Origin: Ruditapes philippinarum
Taxonomy: Eukaryota
Length of the DNA: 64,000 nt
Assembly (NCBI RefSeq): GCF_026571515.1
Contig: NW_026856168.1
Coordinates: forward strand, 310,001-374,000
Direction: 5' to 3'
In this document: positions 51,953-64,000 of the stretch, one piece after another
Position numbering within the stretch: the first letter of the stretch is position 1
Layout: the number at the start of each line of letters is the position of its first letter
Translations under genes and position numbers: made by a program
The notes under the pieces: generated by a model
Databases searched by the model: none
Told to the model about the DNA's origin: nothing
Seen by the model: only the letters and a program-made list of their open reading frames with translations

Positions 51953-53070
51953 GCTGACACAATGAGCACAGCATATCACTTGCAATGTCTACAATTTTTG
52001 GGTCGGTATCTTCACTGAAACCAAGCTCATCTGAAATTCGATGTGAAATAAGATGGTTTTAACAACGGTCAATAAATAAAAGCTGTGTATTATAATTTCA
52101 TATTTTTTCCGTTTTAAGAGTCTCATTTGAACTACCGGTATGTAAGATTTTAAATTTCTATATTTCTAGGCTTTTGAAACCCAGCGGAGTTTCTTTTAGT
52201 CGGTCAGCATACCCATGTAGTCTGACAAGTTCTTAAACTGTCGGCTGCATTTTTCAAACAAAAATTGGTATCAGATATCTTCAAACAACAATGGTTTGAT
52301 CTTAATGGAGACCAGGAACAGTCTATACACATATGGTGGTGTTAATGTTTATACATGTACCAGTATGGAATAAAAAACATACCTCTTCGACAAGTTACTG
52401 GTTGTATTCTCTCATCATTAACGAAGCTTGTTGTGTCTGCATCTTGAATAACGGACATGATTATTTTCGGGTCACCGGGTACAATCAGAAATGCAGAAGA
52501 TATTAAAATCTCCCCCGTCTTTTCAAGTTTCCGTGTTGTCTGTTTTCTTTTTTGAGCATGCCTTGTGTCACAGTTGGTGTTTGATGTTCCTGTTGACGGT
52601 ACAGTAGATATTGGCGAAGAAGTTGCTTTAGAAGAGTGAGCTGATGGTGAAGTATTAGTTGCAGACGACTCTTTGCTTGTCTCAGGTGGCATCAATGTAA
52701 CTGTAGTTTTTTGTTTATTGTCCGCTGAGTTTTCGACATCTTTTTCCCATCTAAAACTATCTGGGTACAAGTCCCTGATATAAGCTGCCACGCATCTTGT
52801 TCTCTGAGAACCTTTTGTGCGTTTACATTTTGCTAAAAGTTCATCATTAGCAGACGACTTTTTAACTTCTGCGGAGGAAAATGTTTTGTCGAAAAAGAGG
52901 CTCAGAAATGAGCTCTGTCCGGATTGTTCCAAATCACCTATTGTCTGAAGATTTTCAGATTTATTGTTTTTAGTCTTTTTAGGATATCCACTTATGAAGA
53001 ATAATAGTTCAGCACTAAAAAGAAAGAACAGAACATGACTTGTGTTCGTTTTCATTACTGATTTAACCAT
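51906..53070 (-). CDS. Secreted protein of unknown function (gene E): signal peptide, Ser/Thr-rich linker, Cys-rich C-terminus; exons 53070-52383, (52322-52213, 1 nt short of frame), 52030-51906
   Basis: 229-codon first exon with hydrophobic N-terminus, AG|GTATGT phase-1 donor, TTTCAG acceptor, last exon DELGFSEDTDPKIVDIASDMLCSLCQHQHDSMCIMRWCFNK* aligning with gene D; TATAAATA about 90 bp upstream. Confidence 0.75.
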
Positions 53071-53159
53071 TTATACACCGTGCAGTTGTTTGCATGCATC
53101 TTATAAACATGTAATGAACACTTAATAGTGTACAAGTAAAGCATTTAAGGCTGTCGCAC

Positions 53160-53167
53160 TATTTATA
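53160..53167 (-). promoter_or_regulatory. TATA box of gene E
   Basis: TATAAATA on the minus strand about 90 bp upstream of ATG 53070. Confidence 0.5.
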
Positions 53168-54623
53168 CAAAATATTAAAGTCTTCGATGTGTGCACACTC
53201 AATCGAAAAAAAATCCCCCCAGCTTCTCAGCATTCTCAGTTAAACGGCTTTGAATAAGGCAACTTAATTAAAGGCACATTATGCCTCAGACACAACATTA
53301 GAAAGGTCAAACATGAGTTTGATATCGTTTAAATAATGGTGTCAGAGCATTTTAGATGCTTATCAACCGAAGAAAGAAGTGTTGAATGTGACACTGTTTG
53401 TCATAAAAGTAGCAATATGTAAACTAAGTAGTATTTTAGCTTCCATGCATATAAATACTAAATCTCTGTACATGTATTTAATGCTAAAAAGCAAACGATG
53501 CAAAAGATTGTACTTATAATTAGAAAGTGAGTAACTGTTTGGAAACTACAACTGAATAGAAAGCTTTTGATAATAGAAAATTAAAATATTTAAGGAGTAA
53601 TGGACCTTTAATGTTAATTAGATTAAGCGGGAAACAACTCTTTAAAAATTCATGAAACGTAATAGGAGACTTCAAAAAAATACTGTTGGTTAATTACCAT
53701 TAGGAAATAATCTCAAATCACAATCTCTCTCATACCATTATTCACCCGATCTCAAACCCGTAGTTAACAAGTTCTTTACCAGATCTCTAAATTGTCCCAA
53801 AGTTATTTTGATTACCCCGAAAATTTGAAAACATGAACTATTTTTTACTTCAAAGAATTTCCATATGGTCCATTTAGTTATGATGTTTTTATAAAGTTTA
53901 ACACAAAAAACGAACCTCATATCTTGGGAATTTGTGTATGTTTCATAAAACATTCGAAAGCTTTCGCAAAAGCCATGATCTTCTTTATTTTTATCAGGAT
54001 AACTCACAATTCAATCGCAAATTGTCGGTGTTATCCGTAAGTCTCAAACTGTCCAATCAGATTCGTTTAACGCATATTTTCGGTCTTAACCGTCCAACTC
54101 CAGATAAGGACTGTTGGTTATCGGCGAATTGTTCCGAACGTTTTTTCTCTCCATATTTTCCAGAATTCTTTAAATCATTATTTTAAAAGATAAAAGAAGA
54201 CTGTCGTTTTAGGCTAAATCGTGATGAAACCGAACGATTTTACATTTGCACAATGAAGAAGAGGTTAGCTACAACCTTAACCAGCGACACGTTACCGAGG
54301 TTACACTAAATAATCATTATATAGAATGTTATCATTAATCACCTCTGCCTTAAAGCATGTTGTCTAGATGTTACAGGCTAAAATTGTGTACTTTACCACG
54401 CGTTTCGCCTAATTTATTCTTACATTTGTTTTATGCGTCTGAATTCAACCAAATAAATTCACACACACAAAAAAACAGCAACAACAAAAAAAAAACAGTT
54501 ATTTTGACAAGTAATCGTTTTCTTGAAATAAATAGTGTACCGAGAACTAGGGACTATTTAAGTATGAATAAAAATTTATGAAAGTATTTTCTAACCAAAT
54601 AAACTTTAGTTTACACTTTATGT

Positions 54624-54948
54624 TTAAAGCAGCACGCCTCCAGATTCATGCTAATTTTCATAAAAATTTAGGAAATGTATTTAAATGTGTAATATTGTGA
54701 ATTTACACATTATCAATGGCACTTTCAAACCACGCAAATTACAAAAAGTGGTCACAATATGCATAAATAGCCTTTACTGCGTTATAGTAAGGCAGTAGAA
54801 ATATAATTGTAAATACTGAAAAATCAGTCATTAATTGCACATAATATGAAAAATATTACTTGGAGCTTGGAACTTTTTACATTTCCTTACATCCCGTACA
54901 TTTTTCTCCAGTTTGATTTTATTGAAATATTTTGACTCATCTGGAGGT
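54624..54948. mobile_element. Kolobok-like MITE, second copy of 9210-9565, 3' TIR truncated
   Basis: TTAAAGCAGCACGCCTCCAGATTCATGCT ... TTTGACTCATCTGGAGG; colinear with the first copy. Confidence 0.7.
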
Positions 54949-55431
54949 CAATCCGCCCGTTATGGTACAAAAAGCAGCATTCGCTGCCAAGTACGGACCC
55001 GAACATGTCACAAGACATGCCTTCTTTCGAATCCCCTATAACTTTACCAGGTATTTATACTATCAAGTGGTTCTTAACCAATATAACGAAGATAACCTAG
55101 CAGGAACGATTAACCATTCGCACATTGCAGGCCGGTTTTCGTACATATGTCATCTAGAGTTATTTCTTATCTCTGACCCTATACAATATGTTACAGATAG
55201 ACATGTTTTATTTGAATGGTAAACATCCGTAACGTACGTACTTTTTATTTTAGAGCATTTAAGAAACAAGTTTTTTGTCTTTTAAATGCAGTTAAATGTT
55301 TATTTGTTTATATTGTATCGTAATAATATAATTGTGTAAGCGTCAGTCAATTGCGACACCGGATTGAAATAGCTGATTATACCAGATTAATCTCCCCTGT
55401 CGTATACGAACATTAAAGTGTCGTCCTATTT

Positions 55432-55666
55432 GAGCCGCTTCACGACAAAACCAACATAATGTGTTTGCGACTAGCATGGATCCAGACCAGCCTGCGCATC
55501 CGCGCAGTCTGATCAGGATCCATGCTGTTCGCTTACAAACCCTAATACAAGTAGAGAAACTGATAGCGAACAGCATGGATCCTGATCAGGCTGCGCGGAT
55601 GCGCAGGCTGGTCTGGATCCATGCTTGTCGCAAACCCATTATGTTGGTTTTGTCATGAAACGACTC
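55432..55666. mobile_element. Near-perfect hairpin MITE (Sola-like GAG termini, 4-bp TSD)
   Basis: About 100-bp inverted arms; ATTT duplicated on both sides; a terminal fragment of the same family lies at about 6330-6362. Confidence 0.8.
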
Positions 55667-55898
55667 ATTTTATGTTTGTTTATAAAAATTGTGTTTTTTC
55701 ACTTATCTCCAAAAAGTGATCAAGTACAATGTAATTTTTAAAATAAATCATAATGGGCTGGGGTGGAGTGTGTGATAAATTGGCATAACCACCATCTGCA
55801 ATATACAAATATATATAAAAAGTACCGTTTTCCGTGTAGGTTATATTGGAACAGCTTTCACTGAAAACAACATTTATTTGATTTCTTTTGCATCCAGC

Positions 55899-58800
55899 AT
55901 GTTGATAAAGCGTCTATTCGTACCGGTTTTGCTCTTCATGACGTCACTGGTGATTTCATCCGCCGAATACAACTGTTTGTGTGTTTTTGACAATCGTGCG
56001 CATCCGATATACCGGGAACCAAACGTTTCATCACAAGTGATCGGTTTCCTTCCGCCTAACCAATGCAAGTACTTCCTGTTTCCGGTAAACGCAGATTTTG
56101 GGGCTATAATGGTTTATCATCAGGTTGGTTGTTTTAATTTTCAGAAAAAAGTAAATTATCATTACTTACATCAATTCTTTGACCAATTATCGGATTAGTA
56201 ATGGGGTGGGGCTGGTGCGAGCCTCGGGTGAGGCGTACGTGAGAATTTATCTCGGACATTAAGTCTAATGGCCATTTGTCTCTCACTGGTGATTCAGAAA
56301 CCATGTGGTCGGTTACTTGCGGAGAAATTGGTAATTTCTGTTTAGTTACCCAGGAAAGCAAGCCGCCGAGATACGAACAAGTAATAATCTAAAATCGTAA
56401 TTAAAAACAACACATAGAAAAGCAACCAAATTTAATACCAACACATTTTAGTTCTATCTTCAACCGTAAGATATTTATCCAAATGAGCTTCTGAAAATGT
56501 TTTAAATTTTGCAGACGATTTGTTACTGTACAAAAAGGGTTAATATTGCAGCCAAAATGAAAATGTTGGTCAAACTGGCCGAATTATTTTTTTATTAATA
56601 AACAGTTACTACTTTGCTACATACGCATGATAAAGTCTTCCTCATACTGTCAGACCAGCTGATTTTGCTCTTAATCTAATTGAATAAAGAAGTTAACATT
56701 ACAGAAGAATGAGGTAGACTGGTTGAGTTGGCTATATAATTTATTGCTTTTATATAATGTGATTAGCTTTGATACAAATCAAGAATATTAAAATTGGGTC
56801 AGATTTGGTGACAAGGCTCTATTCTGGTTGCAAAAAGGGGTAAGTGTTGCAAATGTAGTATAGACCTTAGCAGACAATATTCTCTGTTCTGGTTGTGAAA
56901 ATGACCTATTAGCGCTGCGGTAAAATATGATAGGATAAGGACTATTCTGGTTGAAAAGTGGGTTAGCTCTGCAGTAAAAGTATAGACTCTTTTTAAGACT
57001 TGCTAGTTTGTTTTTGGTTTCAGAAGAGGTGTAACAGGATGGCATGGTTCTAAACCTGTGATAAAAGGGCAAAAACTAGGATTATCTACTAGTATTGTTC
57101 TATCCAAATCATGATATATTTTATTGTAGAAAGGCTTTATTCACCTGACCATCCCTGGTATGAAACAGGTTTGTGAAGGCAATCCGTCCATCGACGATAT
57201 TTGTAAGTATACTCATTTAGATGTAGTTGAATGGATATTGCAATTATTCTCTGTTTTGCACAAATTATATGATGCCAACAAGACTTTTTCAAAGAATAGC
57301 TCTAGACGTTATTATTAAAGCTTACATTTTCCCCCGTAGACAGACTCTTGCATATTCCAAAGAAATTGGTACAGAAGTAAAATACTTACGGCCAATTTCT
57401 TATTCGGATCGAGCAATATTTGTCGTGGAAATGGTGCCGAAAATGACGTCATGGTCACGTGGTATTGCTACACTGTATTTTAAGTTCCGATATGTAACAA
57501 TGCCATAGAATTGACCGCTATCAAGTCAATCAAAGCAGTCCTCTTAAGCTTATACTCACCATTTTTTCTCAGGTATAGGTCGTTAAATCTTAACAAATAA
57601 AACACATTGAACGAATTACTTGAGATCTAAAAATCTAGCTACAATTTTCATTGATTATGGAAATTATTTCGTCGTTGTCGGCCAAACTTAGGTCTGACAA
57701 TTTAGTTCTTTACCACTTGAGCTAAAAGGTTCAAGATTTTTGATTTTTGTTTATATATTCAGTATTAAGATTTATATTTTCAAGAATTCTTTTATCATTC
57801 GTATTCTTGCAATTTTCTACATGCAGTAACTACATCAAAGCCACCCACAAGCCCTACTCCTACAATACCATGGACCACTTCAGGTACAAAACTGTCTTCG
57901 TCAAAGTTCTCATCAACAACATTAAAACCATCTACAAGTTTTACTTCTTCGAAAGTAAAGTCCTCTACAGAGATAAACCCTTCTACTGCAAAGTTATCAT
58001 CAATCACTTTAACACCATCTACAAGTTTTACTTCTACGACATTGAAGTCCTCTTCAGAGATAAAACCTTGTACTGCAAAGTTATCATCAAACTCTTTAAA
58101 ACCATCTACCAACATTACTTCTTCGACAGTAAAGTCTTCTTCAGAGATAAACCCTTCTACTGCAAACTTATCATCAATTACTTTAAAACCATCTACCAGC
58201 ATTACTTCTTCGACAGTAAAGTCCTCATTAGAGATAAACCCTTCTACTGCAAACTTATCATCAACCACTTTAAAACCATCTACCAGTATAACTTCTACGA
58301 CAGTAAAGTCCTCATTAGAGATAAAACCTTCTACTTCAAAATTATCATCAATCACTTTAACACCATCTACAAGTTTTACTTCTACAAAGTCCTCATTAGA
58401 GATAAACCCTTCTACAGCAATCTTATTATCAACCACTTTAAAAACATCTACCAGTTTTACTTCTTCGACAGTAAAGTCCTCATCAGAGATAAAACCTTCT
58501 ACTGCAATCTTATTATCAACGACTTTTAAACCATCAACCAGTTTTACTTCTACGACAGTTAAATCCTCATCAGAGATAAACCCTTCTACTGCAAAGTTAT
58601 TTTCAACCACTTTTAAACCATCTACCAGTATTACTTCTACGACAGTAAAGTCCTCTTCAGAGATAAAACCTTTTACTGCAAAGTTATCATCAACCACTTT
58701 AAAACCATCTACCAGTATTACTTCAACGACAGTAAAGTCTTCTTCAGAGATAAACCCTTCTACTGCAAAGTTATCATCAACCACTTTAAAACCATCTACC

Positions 58801-61800
58801 AGTATTACTTCTACAACAGTAATGTCCAGTTCAGAGACACAACTTTCTACTGCAAAGTTATCATCAACCACTTTAAAACCATCTACCAGTATTACTTTTA
58901 CAACAGTAATGTCTAGTTCAGAGACACAACTTTCTACTGCAAAGTTATCATCAACCACTTTAAAACCATCTACCAGTATTACTTTTACAACAGTAATGTC
59001 CAATTTAGAAACACAACTTTCCACTGCAAACTTATCATCAACTACTTTAAAACCATCTGCCAGTATTACTTTTACAACAGTAATGTCCAGTTCAGAGACA
59101 CAACTTTCTACAGCTACATCATTGCCTTCAACTATTATTGCTCCTACACAAGTCAGGACAACCACAGATGGAAAACCCTCTACAACAATATCAGCAACAT
59201 CTCTTCCAACATCATCGACTCTGGAATCTGCCTTTAAGACTTCCCCTGCATCGTCAACCGTAGCCACACCAGGAAGCTCAAATCCATCCGGAATTGTTGA
59301 AGGTCTGTACAAAAATTATCAATTTATTTTACGACCCTTAAGTTGCCAAAATTATATTTGATTCAAGATGTAAGGCTATATGCTCCATTATTATATATCA
59401 TATAGGATCATGTATATCACACTTGCCAACATGAACAATAAATAATGAATTCAATGGGATGTTGCTATGACTGATACTAAATACTATCAAGGCAATTATT
59501 TACATGTATTGTATTACAGACATTTCATTATAGATTCATTTACTTTAAACAACCGCATATTCAGATATTACAGTTTTAAAACTCTTAAAGTGTTATAATT
59601 CAATGCGTATATATTTCATTTTTGTTATTTTTATATTAGGTCATATAGAAATTTGTCCAAAATATGTGAAAGACACGGATGTCAACCGCTTCAATGGTTT
59701 CCTCGGACAATTTGGTGATTTCTGTTACGAACTAGTAAATCAAGCAACACAATATGTAAATGCGGAGCGTCATTGTGCCATTGTTTCAACGGGCCATCTT
59801 GTGCACGTGCTAAACCAAGACGTGCAAGATTATCTTGTCAGGTTTTTAAACAAACATAATTATGTGCAAAGTATTTGGCTCGGACTGACGGACAGTGGCA
59901 ATGCGAATGAAGGAACGTTCAGGTGGAGCACAGGTAATTATAATAATTGTGTCAGCACACTCCAAATATCTCCCTGCATTTCATCAACACTTTGCAAGTC
60001 AATAAAGCCCGAAATATGATACATGAAAATAGCAATCTAACTATAATTTATTAAATCACACGTGTGCTGACATGTACTCCATGTTCACGTAGATATGCGA
60101 ACAATTAGTTCTTTCTTTCAAAACTTCATAAGCCGCTTTTTTACATTTTTGTTTTTCATCTGAGGCGGCTCACGTCATGTCATAGTATATAAACGGGTAC
60201 ACTGAAGACCTTAAACTAGCGAACAATAGGATATTCATATTTATTTGTTACAGCGAACAATGCTATGCATTATCAGGGGGTCGAACGTTTAGCGATGCGA
60301 TACTCCATTAAGCGAGGTGAATTCATGCGATACGCCCTTATGGCTGACGGGAGCGAAAACGAAAGTGGGTATGAGCATGTTTTTTTTTTCAAATATTTGT
60401 TGTCTTTTGTAATTTTTTGAAGAATAGCATTGTGCATGCTGATCAGAACTTATAATTGTGCATGATTGTCAAGATAAAATACTAAATTTTATAGAATTGA
60501 GGAAGTTATTGAGGTATTTGTTGCTACAAATTCAACCGTCAACCTGATATGCACATGCAAACGAATAATGTATCAGTCGTTTTAAAACGAGATATTCGAT
60601 TAGTTTAAGTCCCAACATGTTTATTTTTGAAAACAAAACGATATACAAGAGTAGTTTTCCATATCTATCCGAAAATATATAAAATATTTCCAGTTTTCTT
60701 ACTGTACGCCTAATATTTGGTCCGATAAACCAACTGTACGCACAAATGTTGGTATGTTTTTATGTAGCAACTTCCTCATTACAGTACATCATATTCAATT
60801 TTGATGAAATATCAAGTTTTGAGTTTGTACGTTAATCATATTTGTACTTGTGGTACTTTACCTATCTGACAGTAGTTTTGTTTGTTAATCAATTTGTTTT
60901 AATTGCTCTGCGACATTTACAACTGTGTATTTGCACATGTGAGCATCAGCTGTTCCTAAGAAAGACACTGAGCTGTTTGGTGTCCAATGACTGACTGAAT
61001 TTTGAAATTGTAGTTTTGTGTTTTTTCCTGACAGGCCACAATTATGTGCACTACAAAAATAGCCTGTTCCAAACAACATTTTAGAAAAGAATTTCACCAC
61101 CTAAAGATTTTTACCAGCTGGTTCTCAGTCTCTATCTCAAGAACAGCAGTGAAATGTACTTTCACTGTATTTTATAGGTTGTTTGAAATGTTCAATTCTA
61201 TTTATAATATGGAAAAAAAAATCAGATTGACAGCAGCATGTACAAAAGATCTTAGAACCTCATGAAGTAAAACAGCCCATATATCACATATTAACTGCTA
61301 TTTTTCTGAAATGTTCTGCTTTGAAAGTGAGTTAATTTATACAAGATTTCTTAATTGGTTTCTTAAATTCATCTTACATATTTTGGTCAAATTCCTACGT
61401 TTTATCTAAAATCTTAGAGTAAAGGTTACTTTTTTCCAACTCCTAATTATCACAGGATAATTATTATTAATTATTCAAATTAAGTTCAAAAACTTATATA
61501 GATGGTTATACAAAACTTTTATTTCAAGTAAATCTTTAAGGAAAGAAGAAGATTTCAGAATTCCGGAAACGGGCAAATATATGGTAGATATCTTAGTACA
61601 ATCATAGGAAAACATGTACAGCAGATGTGATAATGAAAAATATCGAACCTTTAACAGCGTACAGTTATTTTATCGCACCAAAATTCAGCGTACACTTAAA
61701 TATTTTGACCAGTAAGCGTCTATGTATATCGGAGCACAGAGGTACTTGCTATGCAACTCAATTATGATTACTCTTATTGAATAAAGAAGAAAAAGAAATT

Positions 61801-63221
61801 AACTATATTAATATAAGCTTGCATTAAGCGATTTTATCACCGACCTTAAATTAGTTGCCGTCAGTTTACCTTCAATAACTTTTTTAGTTATGAATTAAGG
61901 CCTCTGTAATTTTGACGAAATGTGTGTCGGTCCTATCTCCACATCCTCAATACAAAATATGCAATTGTAGTCGAAGATTTATGAAATACTTAATAAAATA
62001 CACTTACTCTGACGTGTGTTTACACGGGTAAATCCGCCATTAGGGCGTATCGCATGAAATCACCTCGCTTAAAGGAGTATCGCACCGCTATACGTTCGAC
62101 CCCCTGATTATGTCTTCTATGTTTTGTATACTTCGAAACAAAAGAAATACACCGAAACTAATCATTAATGAGCCCGTTCTATATGAATAACAATATAGAC
62201 AAAATATGGCGTATGTATACGTTATTTTATTTTAATGTCACAGGGGCACCATACATATATAACAACTTCAAGGGGGATTATGCAAAACATACTTCTACAG
62301 ACCATAAATTGAATGATTGTGTAATAATGAAACAAGGCGGAGAATGGACAGATGTTCATTGTGGAGTGAAATTTTTTTTAGGAACGGGTTTTGGAGAAAA
62401 ACATCCGTACATATGCCAGTATAGTTAGTATCGTATGATTTCATTATATAATATCTAATATTCGCTTAAACCATGCCATATAAAGCTTTTGTACATACAT
62501 GTACATCTTAATCACCTGAAGTTCGAATTTCTTGCAAATAGTTTATTTGGTACAGGTGGTTTCTTAGATTTTCTTTTTTTTTTAAATATAATACCGATAG
62601 ACATGTATTTAATTGACTTTTCCTAACCATACTAGTATATGATTTAAGTACGTAATTGATTTTTGTTTGTTTGTTTGTTTGTTTGTTTCATTTTACGCCT
62701 TTTCTCAACAATATTTCAGTCATATAGGCGGGTAGTTTACTAACCATCGTTCCTGGAGAGTTACACCAGTACTAGACTACCTTCCTCCGCGCTAAACTAC
62801 TAAAGCATCTCCCGGGGATCGAACCCACGCCAGAGCGTAATTGATTTGGAAATACGATAGAATCGAATCAAAAAAGAACGGAATACGCTTTAAGTAGTCA
62901 ATTGAAGAAGGTTAAATAATTTGATAAACTTTAATATCAATAATAAGTTTCTGTTTACATCCAAGTCTCTTAATTAACTCATACAAATAAATTTATTTCG
63001 TTTTCCCCTAATTGTGTGGCATTTCACCATTCAAAAATTGCGATTCAAGAATTTAATAATTTCCCTTAGGTTTGTTTAGACAATTACCCTAACTAAATAA
63101 CTGTTTTTGATGAATGTTTTTTTCCGGATATCTTAAAGGAGATTCTTTACACTGCATTTCAGATGTGTCAACTGCATTACCGGATATTGATAAGAATCTT
63201 CCAGGCTTTCTTGTCGGCTGA
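55899..63221 (+). CDS. Secreted mucin-like C-type lectin (gene F), 768 aa; exons 55899-56123, 57130-57202, 57827-59302, 59640-59933, 62244-62423, 63163-63221
   Basis: Signal peptide MLIKRLFVPVLLFMTSLVISSA; all junctions GT-AG with matching phase; CTLD motifs FGDFCY, AERHC, GHLVHV, IWLGLTD, EGTFRW, DCV, WTDVHC, YICQY; ends FLVG*. Confidence 0.88.
57885..59115 (+). repeat. Coding 87-bp (29-aa) tandem repeat, about 14 copies, Ser/Thr-rich mucin stalk
   Basis: KSSSEINPSTAKLSSTTLKPSTSITSTTV units; period 87 (58045 to 58132). Confidence 0.95.
60274..62106. mobile_element. 1.8-kb non-autonomous DNA transposon in intron 4 of gene F
   Basis: About 70-bp TIRs CAGGGGGTCGAACGT.TAGCG.TGCGATACTCC.TTAAGCGAGGTGA.TTCATGCGATACGCCCT; ATTAT on both flanks. 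Confidence 0.8.
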
Positions 63222-63331
63222 CGTCATTTCCGTTCAATACACAATTTTATGTATCTAGATAGACTAGTACTATGTATTATTCTTTACAATTATTGAAGTG
63301 TCAATGATTACCTCCCTAATCACGATTTGAA

Positions 63332-63957
63332 AATCAAAGCACAGAAGGCGCTGAATTTGTTTGGGTCTCAGAATGTCAGAAAGGTGAAGGTTGTGAGATT
63401 ATAAACCAATTTGTTTTTGTATAGTGACACCAATGCTTTCCAGCGTTTCAATTGTAGTTAATTGGCTTTAAGACTAATTGCAACACTGATATTCAATTCA
63501 ATGTTTATTTGATTTAAACAATTTGAAAAAAAAAGTTGCCTTCCTGGATTTGAACTCCAGACCCCTCGGTCACGGTGAAGTTATATGTAAAAGGCCTGAA
63601 GAAAACCATATTATTCTAAATTAGGGTTTGTAACCCTTATTATTTCGACGCTAACTGTTGTTTAACACAGATGTTAATAATCATGGAGCTTATTATAAGC
63701 ATGTATATCTATAAAGGATAAAACAATATTAGAAATATTCGACCATTCGGGAATTATTTTGCTTGAAAATTAATGCGCCTGTCATTTGACCATCTTTACG
63801 CAGTGATCTCCCCTGAATTTTTTCGTCGTAGTGTACATATAAAGGGAAGTAACCGCTTCAAAAAAGCGGCCTACTTTCGGCTTTTGCAATTAACAGCATC
63901 AGACTCTGAAATTTCGCTACCATTACTTGTTTGGTCTGACGACCCAAACAAATAAAA
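63332..63957. mobile_element. Second copy of the 37226-37937 interspersed repeat
   Basis: Colinear high similarity, including both TIRs. Confidence 0.75.
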
Positions 63958-64000
63958 ATGAATATATATCTGCATTGTCTATGTAAATTATGGTATTGAT

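Noticed and set aside
52270-52273. In-frame TGA in one reading of the gene E middle exon as a possible selenocysteine
   Set aside because: That frame is not phase-compatible with the upstream donor, no SECIS is evident, and a 1-nt homopolymer indel explains the exon more simply.
57795-59312. 505-aa minus-strand ORF and 260-aa alternative-frame plus ORF (57747-58529)
   Set aside because: Shadows of the 87-bp mucin repeat. Only the Ser/Thr frame has phase-compatible splice sites linking it to the signal and lectin exons.

Overview
AT-rich, intron-containing animal genomic DNA. The repeat types (HINE/Helentron-like elements with GGTCAAAGGTCAAGGTCA satellites, hairpin MITEs) suggest a bivalve, probably a clam; this is inference. 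Six spliced genes were assembled by hand from GT-AG junctions with matching phases, and all encode predicted secreted or cell-surface Cys-containing proteins. (A-C) Three tandem 3-exon Ly6/uPAR (quiver/sleepless-like) genes on +, each with a GPI-type tail; the third has a 5x15-aa N-glycosylation repeat. (D, E) Two related minus-strand secreted proteins that share a homologous last exon (IV-x6-LCSxC-x2-Q-x-D..C). Gene D is not shown as such in the ORF track, and gene E has a frameshifted middle exon and a tandemly amplified 3' end. (F) A 6-exon, 768-aa protein: signal peptide, small Cys/SH3-like domain, Ser/Thr mucin repeat, C-type lectin. The rest is satellites, many non-autonomous DNA transposons, an internally deleted Tc1 element, a decayed LINE and a 168-N gap. 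No rRNA, intact tRNA or CRISPR array was found.
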